Below are positions 20,097 to 28,207 of a stretch of 64,000 nucleotides of DNA, piece after piece (the stretch's first letter is position 1; the number at the start of each line of letters is the position of its first letter). A program made the translations under genes and the position numbers. The DNA comes from Allosphingosinicella sp. (lineage in GTDB: Bacteria; Pseudomonadota; Alphaproteobacteria; Sphingomonadales; Sphingomonadaceae). The notes under the pieces were generated by a model. It had not been told where the DNA came from, did not search any database, and worked only from the letters and a program-made list of their open reading frames with translations. The DNA is taken from contig DATBDY010000045.1 of the NCBI GenBank assembly GCA_036269695.1, positions 4,607 through 68,606 of the forward strand, written 5' to 3'.

Positions 20097-21089
20097 TCAG
20101 CGCCCGGGCGGGATGAGGGCGTCGAGGATCGGCTTCGCCCATTGGTCCTTCGTCACGTCGAAGACGATGAAGTCGCTGTCGAACTGCCAATAGGACCAGG
20201 GGAAGCCGTCCTTCTCCGCCTCGCGCGCCACGGCGTTGGTGTAGGCGGCGCGCAGCTCGATCGGGGTGCCGCTCTTGTCGTAGGCGCCGAACTCGCCGAG
20301 CAGGACCGGGCGGCCGGTGTGCTTCGACCAGGCGGCGACCTTCGCGAAGTCCGCCGCCAGCCGCGCCCGGTCCGCCTCGCTGCCCCAGGTGACGCCGTGG
20401 ACGTCGGTCAAATGGGCCCAGGAGGCGCCCTGATGGGTGAAGTGGAACGGCTCGTAATAATGATAGGTGACGAGGATGTTGCGGTCGTTTTCCGGCAGCT
20501 TCAGCGTCGGCAGCTGGTCGAGGCTGTTCCACTGCGTCGGCCCGATCACCACCGTCCGGTTCGGATTGCTGCGGCGGACGATCGCCAGCATGTCCGCCAG
20601 CAAATCGTTCCAATGGTTGGCGTCGAGCTGCGCGTGCGGCTCGTTGAGCAGCTCGAACAGCACGGTCGGCGGGGCGTTGCGATAGCGGGGCGCAACCTGC
20701 TTCCAGAAATTGCCGAGCGCGATGCGGCACATCGCGGCGTCGTTCGAGCAGGGCTCGAAATCATGCTCGTCGAGGATGACGGAGAGGCCGGCGGCGGTGG
20801 CGTTGTCGACCACCCAATCGAGCCGCTTCAGCCAGGCCGGATCGAGCTCGCCCGACGGCTTCCTGTGCCGGAAGGCCTGCAGGTTGACGCGCAGGAAGTC
20901 GAAGCCGCCGTCGTGGATGGTCTTGAAATAGGCCTGCTTGAAGCGGGCGCGGGAAGGATCCGCCCAGATCGGATCGTAGCCGAGCACGTTGACGCCGCGA
21001 TGCAGCGACGGCGGCTGGGCGAAGGCGGCGTTAGCGCTAACACCGATCAGGGCGGCGAGGAGAAAGGCGAACAGTCTCAGCAGCTTCAT
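20097..21089 (-). CDS. glycoside hydrolase family 5 (cellulase-like), secreted
   Basis: Start at MKLLRLFAFLL with a signal peptide. Acid/base motif FELLNEPH and nucleophile region VLLGEFGA. Confidence 0.85.
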   Translation of the reverse strand: MKLLRLFAFLLAALIGVSANAAFAQPPSLHRGVNVLGYDPIWADPSRARFKQAYFKTIHDGGFDFLRVNLQAFRHRKPSGELDPAWLKRLDWVVDNATAAGLSVILDEHDFEPCSNDAAMCRIALGNFWKQVAPRYRNAPPTVLFELLNEPHAQLDANHWNDLLADMLAIVRRSNPNRTVVIGPTQWNSLDQLPTLKLPENDRNILVTYHYYEPFHFTHQGASWAHLTDVHGVTWGSEADRARLAADFAKVAAWSKHTGRPVLLGEFGAYDKSGTPIELRAAYTNAVAREAEKDGFPWSYWQFDSDFIVFDVTKDQWAKPILDALIPPGR

Positions 21090-21151
21090 GGGGACCCCTC
21101 CGGCAGGTGCCTTTTCAGGCAGCAAGATGGCGGCGCCTGTCAAGCCGCCGA

Positions 21152-21191
21152 GCCGAAAAAGCGAAAGGCCGCCCCCGAAGGAGCGGCCTTT
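21152..21191 (-). terminator. Rho-independent terminator (minus strand)
   Basis: Minus strand reads AAAGGCCGC-TCCTTCGGGG-GCGGCCTTT followed by CGCTTTTTCGG. It lies about 30 nt after the small ORF stop and about 60 nt before the GH5 start. Confidence 0.55.
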
Positions 21192-21220
21192 CCATTGTCA
21201 GCCGGTCGCGGCCGTAATCG

Positions 21221-21289
21221 TCAGGCGCGAACCCCCGTGGAGGCCGCGCTCACCCGATCAGCCGCTTTCGGCATATGACAATGAGACAT
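21221..21289 (-). CDS. candidate 22-aa peptide (MSHCHMPKAADRVSAASTGVRA)
   Basis: Strong SD AAGGAGGTG 5 nt upstream of the ATG. The stop is followed by a canonical terminator. It is too short for any homology inference. Confidence 0.35.
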   Translation of the reverse strand: MSHCHMPKAADRVSAASTGVRA

Positions 21290-21416
21290 CAGACCACCTC
21301 CTTTCGATCGTTGAACCAACAGGAGCGGAGATGGCAGCGACGAGAAGAAATTCAAGAGAGCCAGAGACTTGCAATGCACAGCCTCGCTCCCCGCCGCGGC
21401 GACCCCGCTTGACTCT

Positions 21417-21452
21417 GGTAACGCGTAGGTTACACGTAACCTGTAGGTTACC
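21417..21452. promoter_or_regulatory. Operator-like cluster of four GGTTAC/GTAACC half-sites upstream of the membrane-protein/XRE operon.
   Basis: Sequence is GGTAACGCGTAGGTTACACGTAACCTGTAGGTTACC. It contains two perfect 6-bp-arm inverted repeats (GGTTAC-AC-GTAACC and GTAACC-TGTA-GGTTAC). TTGACT lies just upstream at 21409..21414. Confidence 0.4.
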
Positions 21453-21467
21453 ACGAAAGAGAGTCGC

Positions 21468-21926
21468 ATGAGCTATTCGGGCCGATCCAAGCTTTTCCAG
21501 CCGGACGCAGAGAGCATCCAGCGAAGCCGCCGCACGATGATGTGGTTCATTCCCATAATCATCGTTCAGCAGGGCGTGTTCATCTTCAGGTCCGACGCCG
21601 ACGCATTCGCTCAGTTGTTCGGCACCCTGGCCTGGGGCTCGGTCTCCATCGTGCTCGTCTGGCTCCTGCTCGGTTTGCCGCTTCGCTGGGTTTCGGAGGA
21701 AGACCAGGCGATCCTGAACGACGAATGGAATCGGTCGATCAGTGGAGAAGCTGCAAGATGGGGGATTGCCGCGCTGGTCGTCCTTGGTTGCGGCATGATG
21801 GTCGCGCGCATCTGGTATCCACTGAACGCTGGACTGGCTGTCTACGGCCTCGTGAACGGCGCGCTCGTGGTCGCCAGCTGCCGCTACGCATGGCTTAACC
21901 GGGGCGAGCCGGACGAGGATGAATGA
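21468..21926 (+). CDS. small integral membrane protein
   Basis: 152 aa with 4 hydrophobic segments. Its stop overlaps the start of the downstream HTH gene by 8 nt. Confidence 0.6.
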   Translation: MSYSGRSKLFQPDAESIQRSRRTMMWFIPIIIVQQGVFIFRSDADAFAQLFGTLAWGSVSIVLVWLLLGLPLRWVSEEDQAILNDEWNRSISGEAARWGIAALVVLGCGMMVARIWYPLNAGLAVYGLVNGALVVASCRYAWLNRGEPDEDE

Positions 21927-22131
21927 GCGGCTGGTCAATCGGCTGAAGGAGCGGCGGACGGAGCTTGGCATGACCCAGGCTCAGCTTGCGGACCTCTGCC
22001 TCGTCTCCCGGAAGACGATCAATACGGTGGAGAATTGCGTGTTCATCCCATCCACCTTGCTCGCCCTCAAGCTCGCACGAGCGCTCGAGGCGACCGTGGA
22101 AGAGCTGTTCTGGACAGAAGCCGACTGGTGA
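21919..22131 (+). CDS. XRE-family helix-turn-helix transcriptional regulator (short, YozG-like)
   Basis: 70 aa containing LKERRTELGMTQAQLADLCLVSRKTINTVENCVFIPSTLLALKLARAL. Confidence 0.85.
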   Translation: MNERLVNRLKERRTELGMTQAQLADLCLVSRKTINTVENCVFIPSTLLALKLARALEATVEELFWTEADW

Positions 22132-22152
22132 AGGTCCGGCAGGAAGGCCGGC

Positions 22153-22824
22153 CTAGAAATCCACCTTGTCGTAATGCGGCGGCGGGACGATCACCTCCAT
22201 GCGCTCGGCCAGCAACGGCCGGAAGCTCGGGCGAGACTTCATCACCATGTACCAATCCGCCGTCTGCTTGTGGCCGCGCCAGTCGAGACCGCCGAGATAG
22301 TCGGCGACCGAGAGATGGGCGGCGGCGGTCAGATCGGCGAGGCTCAAGGCCGCGCCGGCGAGCCAGCGGCGATGGTCGAGCAGATAGTCGATATAATCGA
22401 GATGGGCGTTGGCGGTCCTCATCGCGTCGCGCAGCACGCGCGTGTCGGGGGCGTCGCGGTTGACGAGCCGCTTCAGCATCCTTTCTTCCGTCAACGGCCC
22501 GACGACCTGGGTATAGAGGCCCTCGTCGAACCAGGCGACGAGCCGGCGCACCTCGGCGCGGTTCGGAGCGGTGCCGGGGATCATCGGCGCGCGGTCCACC
22601 GTCTCCTCGAAATATTCGCAGATCGCGTTCGAATCGATGAGGACGATGCCGCGCGATTCCTCGACCAGAACCGGCGTCTTCCCGGCCGGATTGAGGTCGG
22701 CGAACTCGTCCCGCTTCTCCCAGGGCGATTCGCGCACCAGTTCGTGCGCGATTCCTTTCTCGGCGAGCGTCAGCCGGACCTTGCGGGAAAAGGGGCAGAG
22801 CGGAAATTGATAGAGCTGCCACAT
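22153..22824 (-). CDS. glutathione S-transferase family protein
   Basis: Start at MWQLYQFPLCPFSRKVR (thioredoxin-like N domain) with an alpha-helical GST C domain. Confidence 0.85.
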   Translation of the reverse strand: MWQLYQFPLCPFSRKVRLTLAEKGIAHELVRESPWEKRDEFADLNPAGKTPVLVEESRGIVLIDSNAICEYFEETVDRAPMIPGTAPNRAEVRRLVAWFDEGLYTQVVGPLTEERMLKRLVNRDAPDTRVLRDAMRTANAHLDYIDYLLDHRRWLAGAALSLADLTAAAHLSVADYLGGLDWRGHKQTADWYMVMKSRPSFRPLLAERMEVIVPPPHYDKVDF

Positions 22825-22897
22825 GGCAGCGTCCTTTAGCGACGGCCGAGCCGCCGCGTCCACCGCTGTTCAGCCTATCGGGAAATAGGCGCCGGCT

Positions 22898-23374
22898 TCA
22901 GGGCCGGCCGGCGGGCTCCGGAGGCGCGTCGCCATAGGCCGCGCGGGCGCGCGCGTCGCGTGCCGCAGCCTGGATCTGCCGCCGCGCCTGCGCCAGCGTC
23001 TGGAGCAGGATCGGCGCCGCGGCCGCCGCCTCGCGGACGGCGACGCCGAGTCCCGCCGAGGTCGCGGCGATATCCTGGTGCATCCGCGCGCGGGCATAGG
23101 GGTCGCGGCGGTCGGCAAGGCTGCCGAGGGAGGTCGGCGCGCCGCGGGCGCGGGCGCTCGGATCGATCGCGTCCACGACCGGGCCGATGTCGACCGACAT
23201 GATGGCGTCGGTGAGTTGGTCGATCTGCCGCCCGATCTGCTCCGGCGACTCCGGCCTCAGCGGGCCGGCGGCGTGTGGCGGGGGCGGCGCCGCGCGATGC
23301 GGCTGGGCGAAAGCGGGAGCAGCGGCGAGAAAGGCGAGAGCGGCAACGCTCGCGGCTAGGAAGGGGTGACGCAT
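22898..23374 (-). CDS. secreted hypothetical protein
   Basis: Start at MRHPFLAASVAALAFLAAAPAFAQ (signal peptide). The rest is Ala/Arg-rich with no domain. Confidence 0.5.
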   Translation of the reverse strand: MRHPFLAASVAALAFLAAAPAFAQPHRAAPPPPHAAGPLRPESPEQIGRQIDQLTDAIMSVDIGPVVDAIDPSARARGAPTSLGSLADRRDPYARARMHQDIAATSAGLGVAVREAAAAAPILLQTLAQARRQIQAAARDARARAAYGDAPPEPAGRP

Positions 23375-23515
23375 GACAGGCCTCCTTCGATACGCAACCT
23401 GCGCGAACCGAAAACGCGGAACGGCGCGACTCGGTTGCCCATCTTCCACCATTGGAGGCGTTCGATCAACCACGCTCCGCAATCGCGAGAGCGATAAGCC
23501 TTTTATGCGAGGCGC

Positions 23516-24316
23516 TTAGCGCGCCAGCAGCCACACGAGCGCCGCGCCGCCGGCAACGATCCGGTACCAGGCGAACGGGCCGAAGCCGCGGCGGGAGACG
23601 ATGCCGACGAACCAGCGCACCACGAACAGCGCCACGACGAAGGCGATGACGAAGCCGAGCGCGATGCCGGGGGCGCCCACGGCGCCGAGGTCGTGCCGGT
23701 TCTTGAACAGCTCGAGGCTGGTGGCGCCGAGCATGGTCGGGATGGCGAGGAAGAAGCTGAACTCGGCCGCCGTCCGCCGCTCCACCCCCAAGGCCAGCGC
23801 GCCGAGGATGGTCGCGCCCGAGCGGCTGACGCCCGGGATCATCGCCAGGCACTGGAAGCAGCCGATCGCGACCGCCTTGCCGAGCCCGATCTCGGCGACG
23901 CCGCGCTCCGTGCCCGGAGGCGCCATCTTCTCGATCCCGAAGATCGCGAAACCGCCGACGATGAGGGCGACGGCGACGATGATCGGCTGGCCGAGCATCG
24001 CCTCCACTTGCTTGTGGAACAGGAAGCCGATCACTGCTGCGGGTAGGAAGGCTACGAGCACGTTGCGCGCGAAGCGCCAGGATTCCGCGTCCCGACGGAG
24101 AAGCCCCATGATCACGGTGAGGAAGGTGCGCCAGTAGAGCACGATGATGGCGAGGATCGCGCCGAACTGGATGACGATGTTGAACACCTTCCAGTGGTTC
24201 TCGTCATAGCCGAGCAGCGCGCCGGCAAGGATCAGATGCCCGGTCGACGAAACCGGAAGGAATTCGGTCACGCCCTCGACGATGCCGAGCAGGATGATGG
24301 TGAGGATCGTACCCAT
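23516..24316 (-). CDS. uppP: undecaprenyl-diphosphate phosphatase
   Basis: BacA motifs VEGVTEFLPVSSTGHL and IPGVSRSGATI, with 8 TM-like segments. Confidence 0.9.
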   Translation of the reverse strand: MGTILTIILLGIVEGVTEFLPVSSTGHLILAGALLGYDENHWKVFNIVIQFGAILAIIVLYWRTFLTVIMGLLRRDAESWRFARNVLVAFLPAAVIGFLFHKQVEAMLGQPIIVAVALIVGGFAIFGIEKMAPPGTERGVAEIGLGKAVAIGCFQCLAMIPGVSRSGATILGALALGVERRTAAEFSFFLAIPTMLGATSLELFKNRHDLGAVGAPGIALGFVIAFVVALFVVRWFVGIVSRRGFGPFAWYRIVAGGAALVWLLAR

Positions 24317-24358
24317 GAAGCTCCCGTATGTGCCCCGCCCGCGCGGGAGGAATGAAGG

Positions 24359-25294
24359 TCAGTAAGGAGATTTGGCGGCGAAGCGGCCGTGGCGGCGATA
24401 TTGGGTCAGCCAGCCGTCCGCGACTGCGATCAAGGGCGTCTTCGGAATGCCGAACGCCTCCAGCCCCTTCGCACCCGGCGAGACGACGCTGTCATGGCCG
24501 AGCATCAGCCATTGGTCGTAGGTGATCGGCGCGCCGGGCAGCCAGCCGGTCAGCTGGGCGACGAGCTTCGAGGCGAAATCCGGAATGTCGACGATCGGCC
24601 GGTTCCGCTCCGTCGCTTCGCAGACGAACTGCATCAGCTCGTGCATATTCATCACCTGCGGCCCGCCGAGCTCATAAAGGCGGCCGCCATGCGTGCCCGG
24701 GTCGAGCACGGCCGCCGTGACGGCGCGGGCCACGTCCTGCGCGTAGACGGGCTGCATCCGCGCCTTCGGCCGCACCGCCGGCAGCACCGGCAGCAGCCGC
24801 GCGAGGCCGGCGAAGCGGTTCAGGAAATTGTCCTCGCGCCCGAAGACGATCGAGGGTCGCAGGATTGTCGCGCCCGCAAAGGCGGCCCGCACCGCCTGCT
24901 CGCCTTCGCCCTTGGTCCGGCCGTAGGCGGAGAGGCTGTCGGGATCGGCGCCGATCGCGGAGATATGGACGAGCGCGGAAGCGCCCTCGGCCGCCGCGGC
25001 CTCGGCGACGTTGCGGGCGCCGTCGACATGGACGCCGTGGAAGGGGCCGCGCAGCAGGCCGACGAGGTTCACCACCGCGTCCGCTTCCTTGACGGCTTCG
25101 CGCACCTGGCCCGGATTGCGGATGTCGGCGGCGACGAACTGCCATTGACCGACATGGGCGAGCGGGCGCAGGAAATAGGCGCCGCCGGGATCGCGCTGGG
25201 CGATGCGGACGCGCGCGCCGGTGCGGAACAGGGCCTGGGCGACATAGCGGCCGAGGAAGCCGCCGCCGCCGAACAGGGTGACCAAGCGGTCCAT
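24359..25294 (-). CDS. NAD(P)H-binding, complex I NDUFA9-like SDR family protein
   Basis: Rossmann motif TLFGGGGFLGRYV. Length and pattern fit the alphaproteobacterial NDUFA9-like family. Confidence 0.85.
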   Translation of the reverse strand: MDRLVTLFGGGGFLGRYVAQALFRTGARVRIAQRDPGGAYFLRPLAHVGQWQFVAADIRNPGQVREAVKEADAVVNLVGLLRGPFHGVHVDGARNVAEAAAAEGASALVHISAIGADPDSLSAYGRTKGEGEQAVRAAFAGATILRPSIVFGREDNFLNRFAGLARLLPVLPAVRPKARMQPVYAQDVARAVTAAVLDPGTHGGRLYELGGPQVMNMHELMQFVCEATERNRPIVDIPDFASKLVAQLTGWLPGAPITYDQWLMLGHDSVVSPGAKGLEAFGIPKTPLIAVADGWLTQYRRHGRFAAKSPY

Positions 25295-25402
25295 GAAAAC
25301 GTCCTTGGAATTGCCTCGAAGCTGCGGCGCCCCATGCCTCTCCGCGCCCGCGTTGACAAGCGCGGCGAGCGCCCCTAACTCGCCCCGCCTACCCCCTATC
25401 GT

Positions 25403-25489
25403 GCCCAGGTGGCGGAATTGGTAGACGCACCAGCTTCAGGTGCTGGCGCTCGCAAGGGCGTGGAGGTTCGAGTCCTCTCCTGGGCACCA
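25403..25489 (+). tRNA. tRNA-Leu (anticodon CAG)
   Basis: Acceptor stem GCCCAGG/CCTGGGC, D-arm GGCGGAATTGGTAGACGC, anticodon stem-loop CCAGC-TTCAGGT-GCTGG. It has a long variable arm, T-arm GGTTCGAGTCC, discriminator A and an encoded CCA. Confidence 0.9.
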
Positions 25490-25691
25490 TTTTCCTATTC
25501 GCGGGCGTAGCGCGGCGCTTATCCTGGCGGCCCGCATCCGGAGCCTTGCCTGACGAGCACCAACTAACGGCCAACGTCAAGCAATGGCTCGTTGGCTATT
25601 TGATCTTCGGCCACCCCATGCTCATGGGCTATACCTAGCTCGGGAACGAACCAGTGGCATGTCCGCACTGGGTGAAAAGCAGACGTCGTAA

Positions 25692-26408
25692 TCACGGCTC
25701 ACCATATTGGCTCCCGATGATCTGCAAGGCACGGTCACGCGGCGTATTTGACGGCACGCAAATCGCGACGGAGCCTTTGAAGTGAGTGTCCTCGACGGGC
25801 CTGATGTGATGCGAAGCCGCAGCCAATTTCGTTTGGTCGTATTCGGCGCGGATCCGCCAATCCGCGCTCCGCGCCTGCGAGATCAAGGAGCGGATGGCGA
25901 ATGTCGCTGCCGGCGAGATCGTGGATTGGCCTTCCAGCGCCCGAAGCTGAGCCCATAGCTCCTGTTCACGTCCTTCGATCTGACCGATGACCTCCAGCGA
26001 CGCGTAAAGATCGGCATAGTCGCTCTGGTCCTGAGGCGCGAACAATGCTGTGCGGCCCGCTTGCGATGCAGAATTCCAGACGGAAGTCTCAATCGTCCAG
26101 ACCTGTGGCCGGGCAATCCAGAGCAGCGGCGGTGCATGGCCCACGGTGGCCGCTGCGACGAACCGGTCGAGTTCAGTAAGCCGCCGCGCGATGCATCCTT
26201 CCGTTGCGGCGCGCTTTTGGAGATCGCCGAGAACGCCAGCAATCTCCAGATCGATTGCGTCCCTAGCCTCGTGAGCAACCCGGCGTTCGTGGACCGTCTG
26301 GACGATTTGCTCCAGGCCCAGCGCAATCAGCACGCCGATCGTGATGACTCCGACTTCGCCGATGAACGCACGCCACCCGTGCAGCGGCTTCGGCAAGTGG
26401 AAATGCAT
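25692..26408 (-). CDS. hypothetical membrane-anchored protein
   Basis: Start at MHFHLPKPLHGW, with one TM (VITIGVLIALGLEQIV). GC looks lower than the surroundings. No domain recognised. Confidence 0.5.
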   Translation of the reverse strand: MHFHLPKPLHGWRAFIGEVGVITIGVLIALGLEQIVQTVHERRVAHEARDAIDLEIAGVLGDLQKRAATEGCIARRLTELDRFVAAATVGHAPPLLWIARPQVWTIETSVWNSASQAGRTALFAPQDQSDYADLYASLEVIGQIEGREQELWAQLRALEGQSTISPAATFAIRSLISQARSADWRIRAEYDQTKLAAASHHIRPVEDTHFKGSVAICVPSNTPRDRALQIIGSQYGEP

Positions 26409-26673
26409 GCGACTGATCCCCCAATCGCCTAGGTTAGCAGAAGCGGTTATGTCCGCAACGGGTCGGAAGCGGACGTAGAAGCCAACTGGTCGGGATCGGC
26501 GGCTTTCCGCTTCCGGGGTGCAAGCGAGCGGTCCGCTTCTACCAGATCCTGCCGCCACGCCGCACGAACAACCCATTTGACGCAGGGAGCGGAGCCGCTC
26601 GAAAATAATCACTGCCGGCGCCTGATCGTCCAAGCGCTGTCTGCGGGACAGGCGGCACGATCATGCAGCGGCG

Positions 26674-26952
26674 CTACTTTTCGCCTTCGCCGGAGCCTTC
26701 CGCCTCGCCTTCCTGCGCATCGAGCAGATAAGGCTCCACCTCGCCCTTCAGCTTGATCGTGAGCGGCCGTCCGTGCCGGTCCATGGTCTTGCCCGCCTGC
26801 ACCCGGATCCAGCCTTCCGAGATGGAATACTCCTCGACGTCGCGGCGTTCGCGGCCCTTGAAGCGGATGCCGATGCCGCGGCGCAGGAGCTCGGCCTCGA
26901 AATACGGGCTGCGGGGGTCGAGGGACAGGCGGTCGGGAAGCGTATCGGCCAT
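26674..26952 (-). CDS. DUF3297 family protein
   Basis: 92 aa with DRLSLDPRSPYFEAELLRRGIGIRFKGRERRDVEEYSISEGWIRV ... TIKLKGEVEPY, matching the family pattern. Confidence 0.75.
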   Translation of the reverse strand: MADTLPDRLSLDPRSPYFEAELLRRGIGIRFKGRERRDVEEYSISEGWIRVQAGKTMDRHGRPLTIKLKGEVEPYLLDAQEGEAEGSGEGEK

Positions 26953-27075
26953 TCTTCAGCTCTCGGATCGATTGACCGCGCCTCTCTAACGCCTTCGCGG
27001 CACAGGTCCACTCCCGGCGGAACCGGCGCGGCGCCCTATCGTTGCTTTGCCGATATCTTCAGGAGGTCCCAATCC

Positions 27076-27333
27076 ATGTCGAGCATTCCCAATTCCGCCA
27101 TGCCCCATGCCCAGGCGCACGACGAGCAGGAGGAGAGCGGCAGCTTCGCCGGTGGGTTGCGCGACCTCGTCCGCGACAATCCGAAGACCGCCATCGCCGC
27201 CGGTGCGGCGGTGCTCGCCGGCGCGGTGGCGGCGGCGGCGATCCCGCTGGTCAAGGGCGCGCGGGCCAAGTCGGGCAGCTCGCGGTCGAGCGGCAGCCGG
27301 TCGAAGTCAGGCGCCGGCAAGGAGAGCGGCTGA
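27076..27333 (+). CDS. small hypothetical protein with one TM-like Ala-rich segment
   Basis: ATG 27076 preceded by AGGAGG at 27061. 85 aa with a Ser/Gly/Lys-rich tail. Confidence 0.45.
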   Translation: MSSIPNSAMPHAQAHDEQEESGSFAGGLRDLVRDNPKTAIAAGAAVLAGAVAAAAIPLVKGARAKSGSSRSSGSRSKSGAGKESG

Positions 27334-27347
27334 GCCTCTGTTTTTCC

Positions 27348-27441
27348 GTCATCCCGGACTTGATCCGGGATCCATGAACACGGCCTCTCTGCGGATTATC
27401 GTACGCCGTGTTCATGGGTTGCGGATCAAGTCCGCAATGAC
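27348..27441. repeat. dispersed palindromic repeat, family B (intact copy)
   Basis: GTCATCCCGGACTTGATCCGGGATCCATGAACACGG ... CCGTGTTCATGGGTTGCGGATCAAGTCCGCAATGAC. It is a nested hairpin: each arm also folds on itself. Confidence 0.7.
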
Positions 27442-27511
27442 GAATGGCACGCGCTAAAGCTTTCGTAAGGCTCCAGCGGCTATTCCGCTCCGGTCACAGG
27501 AGGGGTTTGCC

Positions 27512-27883
27512 GTGCACAGCCTTCGATCCTCGCTCCGCGCCCGCGAAGAAGGGGCGCCCGCTCGCCCGCTCTCGCTCGAGGAGCGCCGCCGCGAGGCGCC
27601 CGTCGCCCAGACGCCAGAGCTTCCGAAGGGGGAACGCCGCACCGGCGCCCAGCGCCGCGCGGAGCGGCACCGCGGCGTCGTCGAACGCGCCGCCATCCTC
27701 TATCGCGGCAAGCGGGCGATGGTCGCGGTCGGCAACGTTTCCAAGGGCGGCGTCACCATCGAGACGGCGCTGACTCCGGAGATCGGCGAGACGCTGCTGC
27801 TGGAGCTTCCCGGCAAGACGCCCGCCGAAGCGCGCGTGCGCTGGGTGAAGCCGGGCCGGGTGGGGCTGGCGCTGGCCGGCTGA
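27512..27883 (+). CDS. PilZ domain-containing protein
   Basis: RRxxxR-like basic stretch (RRTGAQRRAERH) followed by VGNVSKGGVTIE ... ARVRWV, a PilZ-like pattern. GTG start. Confidence 0.65.
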   Translation: MHSLRSSLRAREEGAPARPLSLEERRREAPVAQTPELPKGERRTGAQRRAERHRGVVERAAILYRGKRAMVAVGNVSKGGVTIETALTPEIGETLLLELPGKTPAEARVRWVKPGRVGLALAG

Positions 27884-27942
27884 TCGCCGCGAAACCGGAG
27901 GCGCTTTCCTCCGTTATCCTCTCGAAACGAGAGGAGTCGCGA

Positions 27943-28200
27943 ATGCCGGTTTCCAACACCTCGATCGTCGAGCGGATCGCGCGCGTCATCGCCGGCCGCG
28001 TCGTCAGCATCAACGCGGAAGGGGACGACCCCTCGGCGGGCGACCAGGTCGACTCGATCTGGCGCGATTTCAGGGACGATGCATGCGCCATCCTCCGCAC
28101 CCTGCGCGAACCCGATCGCGCGATGGCCCAAGCGGGCGATCCGGCGATGTGGGAGCGGATGGTGCTCGCCGCGCTCCAGGAGGAAGGCGCCTCGGCCTGA
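27943..28200 (+). CDS. hypothetical protein
   Basis: 85 aa with GAGAGGAG upstream of the ATG. GC3-rich. No domain. Confidence 0.5.
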   Translation: MPVSNTSIVERIARVIAGRVVSINAEGDDPSAGDQVDSIWRDFRDDACAILRTLREPDRAMAQAGDPAMWERMVLAALQEEGASA

Positions 28201-28207
28201 CTTCCTC

